From Candidatus Azambacteria bacterium (GTDB taxonomy: Bacteria; Patescibacteriota; Minisyncoccia; GWC2-36-17; WO2-46-25), in NCBI GenBank assembly GCA_024654415.1, contig JANLHQ010000091.1, positions 1-39,348 on the forward strand: 39,348 nt of DNA. The letters run 5' to 3'. The notes under the pieces are model-generated. The model saw nothing but the letters and a program-made list of their open reading frames with translations, did no database searches and was not told where the DNA came from. The position numbers and the translations under genes were made by a program. Of the stretch, positions 34,382-39,348 are shown piece after piece (position 1 is the first letter of the stretch; the number at the start of each line of letters is the position of its first letter).

Positions 34382-35034
34382 AATCTATACATAGAAAACT
34401 CATGAAGATCCCAAAAGTGCGCATCAATACAGAGAAATCACGCACTATCGCCACTTTTTCAAGCGAATGCGGAAGCGCGCTTAAAAAACGTATTATTCTC
34501 AAAGAAAAAAACGAGCACATGCGCTGGCTTTTGGTCTTCGAAAAAACTGCTCCAAAAACAATAGATATTGCGGTCACGCTTGCCGCAAAGGGTGCCTGCG
34601 TGGACATAGGGTTTGCGTGGCACGGCACAAAAAACATGGCGAGCGATATCATGCTTACCGTTTCCCATGAAGCACCAAAAACCGAATCACGCGTGGCATT
34701 TGGGGCGGCGCTTGAGGGAATGTCGAAAGTATATTTTCGCGGACTCGCACGCGTCGCTAAAAAAGCGGTCGGTTCGCGCGCGCACCTCTCTGCAAAAGCA
34801 CTCATGCTCTCCCCTCGCGCGATCGCATTCCTCAAACCTGATCTTGAAGTTGCTACGAGTGAAGCTATCGCGGGGCATGGCTCTAGCGTTGGGCGCCCAA
34901 GTGATAAAGAGTTGTTCTATCTCTCCTCGCGCGGGATGACAGAAATACGGGCGAAAAAAATGCTGTGCGACGCTTTTCTAAAAGATATAACGAAGTCACA
35001 AATCGCGATCCCATCGTCCCATGGTATAGTATAA
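34378..35034 (+). CDS. sufD: Short SufD-like protein
   Basis: HEAPKTES, FRGLARV, KALMLS, PDLEV, GHGSSVG, LFYLSSRG; lacks the N-terminal region. Confidence 0.85.
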   Translation: MKSIHRKLMKIPKVRINTEKSRTIATFSSECGSALKKRIILKEKNEHMRWLLVFEKTAPKTIDIAVTLAAKGACVDIGFAWHGTKNMASDIMLTVSHEAPKTESRVAFGAALEGMSKVYFRGLARVAKKAVGSRAHLSAKALMLSPRAIAFLKPDLEVATSEAIAGHGSSVGRPSDKELFYLSSRGMTEIRAKKMLCDAFLKDITKSQIAIPSSHGIV

Positions 35035-35060
35035 TAAATGACGAAACCACAATAAACACC

Positions 35061-36281
35061 ATGCCACTTAATTTTCACACAATCAAAAAAGATTTTCCTA
35101 TTTTCACAACACATAAAAAGCTTGTGTATTTAGACAATGCCGCTACTACACAAAAACCGAGCGCGGTGATCAATGCGCTCGCGCACCACTACCGTACCGC
35201 AAACGCAAACATCAAGCGTGGTATCTATGGTTTGAGTGAAGACGCGACAGAGGCATATGAAGAAGCGCGCTGGAAAGTTGCGCAATTTTGTGGCACTCCA
35301 TGCGCACGGCAAATCATTTTCACTAAGAATACCACTGAAGCGATTAACCTTGTCGCGCATAGTTTTACGCGCGCGCACTGCAAACGGGGAGATGAAATTC
35401 TGCTTACCGTGATGGAGCACCACTCCAACATTGTGCCATGGCAAATGATTGCAAAGGAAAGAGGGTTGAAACTGCGGTTCGTGAATATCACAAAAACTGG
35501 CGAACTCGATATGCGCGACCTCAAAAGTAAAATTACCTCCCGTACAAAGCTATGTGCGGTAACGCACGTTTCTAACGTGCTGGGCACTATTAACCCTATT
35601 GCTGAGCTTGTTACACTCCTCCATGCGCGTGGTATCCCCGTTTTGGTTGATGGTGCACAAGCAATCGGACACATACCGGTGCATGTCGAAAAACTTGGGT
35701 GTGATTTTTATGTATTTTCTGGTCATAAGATGTTCGCGCCAACAGGCATCGGGGCATTGTACATCCATCAAAAATATCTCGAGACGCTTCCGCCCTTCCA
35801 AAGTGGTGGAGATATGGTGTTATCGGTAACCGAACGCGGCGCGACATTCCAAGATGCACCTGAACGGTTTGAGGCAGGAACCCCACCGATAGAAGCAGCA
35901 GTTGCCCTTGGCGTAGCAGCTGATTATATTTCAAAACTTGGCGTGATGAATATTCGTCAGCATGAAATAACGCTTACCGCATACGCACTACGCAAACTTG
36001 CGCGTATTCCTGGCATTACTCTCTTCGGGCCGAAAAAGGCACAGCAAAAAACAGGGGTCATTTCTTTCGCGTTCAACACTATTCATCCTCATGATCTTGC
36101 GTCATTACTCGATGAAAAAAATATTGCCATTCGCGCGGGGCATCACTGCGCAATGCCGCTTCACCGCTCTCTTGGTGTTACCGCAAGCGCGCGAGCAAGT
36201 TTTTCAATTTATAACACAAAGAAAGACGTTGACGCATTATGCGCGGCGCTCGTTACAATCACTGACGCATTACACATATAA
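35061..36281 (+). CDS. sufS: Cysteine desulfurase SufS
   Basis: Start ATG 35061; YLDNAATTQKP, MEHHSNIVPW, VDGAQ, FSGHKM, FEAGTP, RAGHHCA. Confidence 0.97.
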   Translation: MPLNFHTIKKDFPIFTTHKKLVYLDNAATTQKPSAVINALAHHYRTANANIKRGIYGLSEDATEAYEEARWKVAQFCGTPCARQIIFTKNTTEAINLVAHSFTRAHCKRGDEILLTVMEHHSNIVPWQMIAKERGLKLRFVNITKTGELDMRDLKSKITSRTKLCAVTHVSNVLGTINPIAELVTLLHARGIPVLVDGAQAIGHIPVHVEKLGCDFYVFSGHKMFAPTGIGALYIHQKYLETLPPFQSGGDMVLSVTERGATFQDAPERFEAGTPPIEAAVALGVAADYISKLGVMNIRQHEITLTAYALRKLARIPGITLFGPKKAQQKTGVISFAFNTIHPHDLASLLDEKNIAIRAGHHCAMPLHRSLGVTASARASFSIYNTKKDVDALCAALVTITDALHI

Positions 36282-36643
36282 TGGATATTGCTCACTTTAA
36301 AAAAATATGGGAACATGCACAACTCTCGCCCTATGCGGGAGTGATCAAGCGACCTGATATGAGCGGCACAGGAGAAAACCCATTATGTGGGGATACGCTC
36401 CGCATTGATCTCGTCGTAAAAAACGGTATTATTCGTGATGCAAAATTCACTCATCATGGGTGCGCACTGTCTGCAACAGCCACATCTCTTCTTCTTGAGA
36501 GCCTTATTGGTAAGCGTGTTGCCACAATACAAAAACTTAATGAATATGACCTCTTGAAGCTTATCGGTGCCCCCGTAAGCCCTGCGCGGCTTTCCTGTGC
36601 CCTCCTGCCGCTTCGTGTTGCAAAGGCAGTTCAACAAAAGTAA
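36281..36643 (+). CDS. sufU: SufU/NifU-N-like sulfur-transfer or scaffold protein
   Basis: NPLCGD, GCALS, RLSCALLP. Confidence 0.88.
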   Translation: MDIAHFKKIWEHAQLSPYAGVIKRPDMSGTGENPLCGDTLRIDLVVKNGIIRDAKFTHHGCALSATATSLLLESLIGKRVATIQKLNEYDLLKLIGAPVSPARLSCALLPLRVAKAVQQK

Positions 36644-36664
36644 CATTTCCCCATATCTTTCGTC
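36640..36664 (+). promoter_or_regulatory. ECF-type promoter upstream of the ECF sigma gene (likely autoregulatory)
   Basis: GTAAC-16 nt-CGTC matches the general ECF AAC/CGT pattern. Confidence 0.65.
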
Positions 36665-36684
36665 TTTAATTATACTGTGAGTCC

Positions 36685-37209
36685 ATGGCTATGCACGACA
36701 AACAAAGCAAGGAATTCATGGCACTCTATGACCAGTACAGTGACGCGATATTCCGCTTTACGCTCTTTAAAGTGAGCAACAAAGAAACAGCATGGGACCT
36801 TACCCAGGAATGCTTTTTTAAGACGTGGCAACACCTCTCGAAGGATAAAAAGGCAATTACAAACACAAAGGCATTCCTCTATACGGTCGCGCGAAACCTA
36901 GTGATCGATTACTGGCGATCAAAAGAGAAGCATGCCACTGTAGATATTGAGGCAGCATCCTACGTTATTGACGACGGTAACGATGTACACCATGAAGCCG
37001 TCTTGCAAGATGAGGCACGATATCTTCTCCGTCTCCTAAAAAATATCCCGGAAGAAAGTCGTGAAATCCTCACATTACGATATACTGACGGCCTCTCTTT
37101 TGAGGAAATTGCCGTAATTACCGGAAAAAGTAACGTCGCAATACGTGTACACACCCATCGTGCGCTCAAGAAATTGAGATCATATATGAAGGATGCTGAT
37201 ACAAAATAA
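36685..37209 (+). CDS. ECF RNA polymerase sigma factor
   Basis: LYDQYSDAIFRF, AWDLTQECFFKTW, FLYTVARNLVIDYWR, LSFEEIA, HRALKKLR. Confidence 0.95.
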   Translation: MAMHDKQSKEFMALYDQYSDAIFRFTLFKVSNKETAWDLTQECFFKTWQHLSKDKKAITNTKAFLYTVARNLVIDYWRSKEKHATVDIEAASYVIDDGNDVHHEAVLQDEARYLLRLLKNIPEESREILTLRYTDGLSFEEIAVITGKSNVAIRVHTHRALKKLRSYMKDADTK

Positions 37210-37210
37210 T

Positions 37211-38245
37211 ATGAGTAACTTCAAAAAACAATTTAAACTCCTAAGGGCAATTACCCCTGATGCGTCGCGGAAAGAGAGTTTTCGACATATCCTACAAAGT
37301 AAGGTGGTGTTCGAAGCGACAACCATGCCCGCACAAAGCATATTTACATATATGCGCCGAACTATACGTACCGTGCCTGCACTGGTGTTTGCACTAATTA
37401 TTACGCTCATCGGCTCAGGAAGTGGTATTTCATACGCAGCGCAAAATGCAATTCCCGGCGAATCCTTGTACGGCATAAAGCTTGCCACTGAGCAGGCGCG
37501 CATTGTTATCACTCCCAATAAACAAACCAAAGCCGAACTTCATCTTAGTTTTGCCTCGCGGCGTTTAGATGAACTAGAGCAACTTATCGAACAAAATGGT
37601 AGCCCGCACGTTGCGGTTAGCGAGACCCTTACACGCTATGAACATGAGCTCAATGAGAGCGAGGCGCTCGCCATAAATGACCCACTTCTCGCACAGGCAA
37701 TTTCCCTCATTATTGGTGAAACGACGGAATCTCACAAACAAACCTTGCGAAGAGTTTCTGAAAAAGCCCATGCGCGGTTGATTGATGGTGATTTCGACGA
37801 TGAATTCAATGATGCATATGAACATGCTGAATCCAAAGACGATGCAGTTCTCTATGCGGCGCTTACAGCAACATCAACCCCATCAGCAACGATCCCTCTT
37901 GTAATCAGAGAGAAATCACGCAAAAAATGGGAATCGATTGAGGACGATATGAAAAAAATTGAAGGAGCTCACAGTGCCCCTGGTACAGCAGAAAATAACA
38001 CCACAACAATAGCAACCGGAACGACTGCCGCGCTCACTACCGCTCACGCAAGTATTAATGAAGCAAAAACGAACTGGGAAAACGGCGAGTATGCTGAAGC
38101 GCTCAAGTATTCCATTGAAGCGCGTGAGCACGTAAAAAAAGCAGGGAAGATTGAAAAAGAAAGGAAGAAAGAAGAGGATCGAGAGAAAAGCAAACAGAGG
38201 GATGAGCGCACCCAAAAAGAGGACGAGGATGAAAAAGATGACTAA
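37211..38245 (+). CDS. DUF5667-like single-pass membrane protein, candidate anti-sigma factor
   Basis: Start ATG 37211; short N-terminal domain, TM, AAQNAIPGESLYGIKLATE...FASRRLDE, helical and charged C-terminus. Confidence 0.75.
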   Translation: MSNFKKQFKLLRAITPDASRKESFRHILQSKVVFEATTMPAQSIFTYMRRTIRTVPALVFALIITLIGSGSGISYAAQNAIPGESLYGIKLATEQARIVITPNKQTKAELHLSFASRRLDELEQLIEQNGSPHVAVSETLTRYEHELNESEALAINDPLLAQAISLIIGETTESHKQTLRRVSEKAHARLIDGDFDDEFNDAYEHAESKDDAVLYAALTATSTPSATIPLVIREKSRKKWESIEDDMKKIEGAHSAPGTAENNTTTIATGTTAALTTAHASINEAKTNWENGEYAEALKYSIEAREHVKKAGKIEKERKKEEDREKSKQRDERTQKEDEDEKDD

Positions 38246-38248
38246 CCG

Positions 38249-39271
38249 CTAACGGCCTATAAAGTCAAAAACGAGGAGAATTGACCACCCGATCAATAGC
38301 ACAAACCATCCGAGGAGTAAGATAATATCCATTCGTTTATTGAATGAAAGCGAGAAGTTCTCCGCAGCCATTGTATACACATCTCCAAGCGTATCAAATT
38401 TCTCTTTGATGTTCCGCCTCCATTCGTCAAGGTGGAATTTTTTTTCTATCAAACTAAATACTTTCGCTGAATACCAGTCACCGATGAGTTTAATGTTCCG
38501 TTCGGTTGATTCGAATTCAATAATCGAGCGAGACCGCGCATGAATAATCTTACGCACCACATCCTTGATGCCGCTTTTACGGAATAATGTGAATACTTTC
38601 TTATCTTGCGCATGCAGTAAGCGTACAAGTTTGTTTAGCCGTCGATCAAGCTCAAAGTCCAAAATACGATATCGCAGTAACTGCAGATTACCAAGTTCAA
38701 GCAAGCTAATTGTCTCTTCAAATTGACCTGCTTGATTAAAGATAAATGCACCGTCCCAATCTACAACCAATAGATCGTCCTTGCCGTATTTAATACTAGC
38801 TTCAAGGGTTTGAGCGATCGCCTGCTCATCAAGCGTCTCTCGCTCGCTTTTTAAAAATGCGGCGGCATGTGGCATGCGTTCAAAAAATTCCTCTGGTCGC
38901 CCACTATAGTGTGACACGCAAAAAACACTATACTCTTCTTCAAAATTTTTATATGTATCATACTTGCCCACAATATCTTTTGATGCGGCAAGCATTGTGC
39001 GCTTCAACGCAGGAACCGTTGTATCAAAAATATCTTTTACGTCAGCAATCCCCTCAACCACAATGAGATTTGGAGAATATCGTTTCACACGGAAACGAAT
39101 GTCTTCCCCGTCTATTTTCTTCACCACAACCTCTGCTAAGGACGGTAAAGGCGTTGTTCGTGTGTAGTTCGGCGCGCTTCGCGCTTCGCGAATCCCCTCA
39201 ACCGGCACACCGCTCCAATTCTTTTTTGCTTCGCCGACAAACAGAGTAACTAATTTTCCTGGGGTAATCAT
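38249..39271 (-). CDS. Conserved hypothetical protein with C-terminal TM (RMD1/DUF155-like)
   Basis: DDLLVVDWDGAFI, LELGNLQLL.YR.LD, IGDWYSAKVF, FHLDEWR, terminal hydrophobic helix; TGGTATAAT 6 nt before ATG. Confidence 0.65.
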   Translation of the reverse strand: MITPGKLVTLFVGEAKKNWSGVPVEGIREARSAPNYTRTTPLPSLAEVVVKKIDGEDIRFRVKRYSPNLIVVEGIADVKDIFDTTVPALKRTMLAASKDIVGKYDTYKNFEEEYSVFCVSHYSGRPEEFFERMPHAAAFLKSERETLDEQAIAQTLEASIKYGKDDLLVVDWDGAFIFNQAGQFEETISLLELGNLQLLRYRILDFELDRRLNKLVRLLHAQDKKVFTLFRKSGIKDVVRKIIHARSRSIIEFESTERNIKLIGDWYSAKVFSLIEKKFHLDEWRRNIKEKFDTLGDVYTMAAENFSLSFNKRMDIILLLGWFVLLIGWSILLVFDFIGR

Positions 39272-39348
39272 GATAAAATTATACCACGATGAACAGGAAA
39301 ATTACACCGTTTGACATGCACATGGATGCGGTATAAAAACGGATACGC

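Noticed and set aside
1..39348. Alternative genetic code (TGA = Gly) as in Gracilibacteria/Absconditabacteria
   Set aside because: Conserved genes such as purB, sufC and sufB end at TGA at expected lengths, and long ORFs are uninterrupted under code 11.
1..39348. tRNA, rRNA, tmRNA, IS elements or integrases
   Set aside because: No cloverleaf, rRNA-like stretch, transposase or recombinase motif recognised by eye; tRNAscan-SE and Infernal would be needed to exclude them formally.

Overview
Bacterial chromosome segment that looks like Candidate Phyla Radiation / Patescibacteria, probably Parcubacteria. This is an inference from: short L13, extended S9/S11, infA-rpmJ-rpsM-rpsK-rpsD-rpoA-rplQ-rplM-rpsI in one run, a compact AlaRS, an FtsA-like/baseplate-J-like gene pair, an ECF sigma plus DUF5667-like gene, and housekeeping genes mostly without Shine-Dalgarno (SD) sites. 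TGA is used as stop, so code 11. Left part: 5' end of a D-2-hydroxyacid dehydrogenase, a PEGA/beta-propeller membrane protein, the ribosomal alpha/L13-S9 block, alaS, purB-purC and mnmA. Middle (15.3-27.9 kb) is accessory: a Chlamydia-MOMP-like beta-barrel gene (unexpected in a lineage thought to lack an outer membrane), two unannotated small membrane-protein units, a copper/thiol operon ending in a CPH-type P1B ATPase and headed by a candidate leader/arrest peptide plus attenuator-like hairpins, a 7-residue-repeat protein and a ferredoxin-reductase pair. Right part: SpoU methyltransferase, DsbA, rhodanese, three His-containing membrane proteins, WrbA, an Rrf2-sufCBDSU operon, an ECF sigma/anti-sigma-like pair and an RMD1/DUF155-like gene. 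No rRNA, tRNA, CRISPR array, transposase or integrase was recognised. All family calls come from motif recognition, not from database searches.
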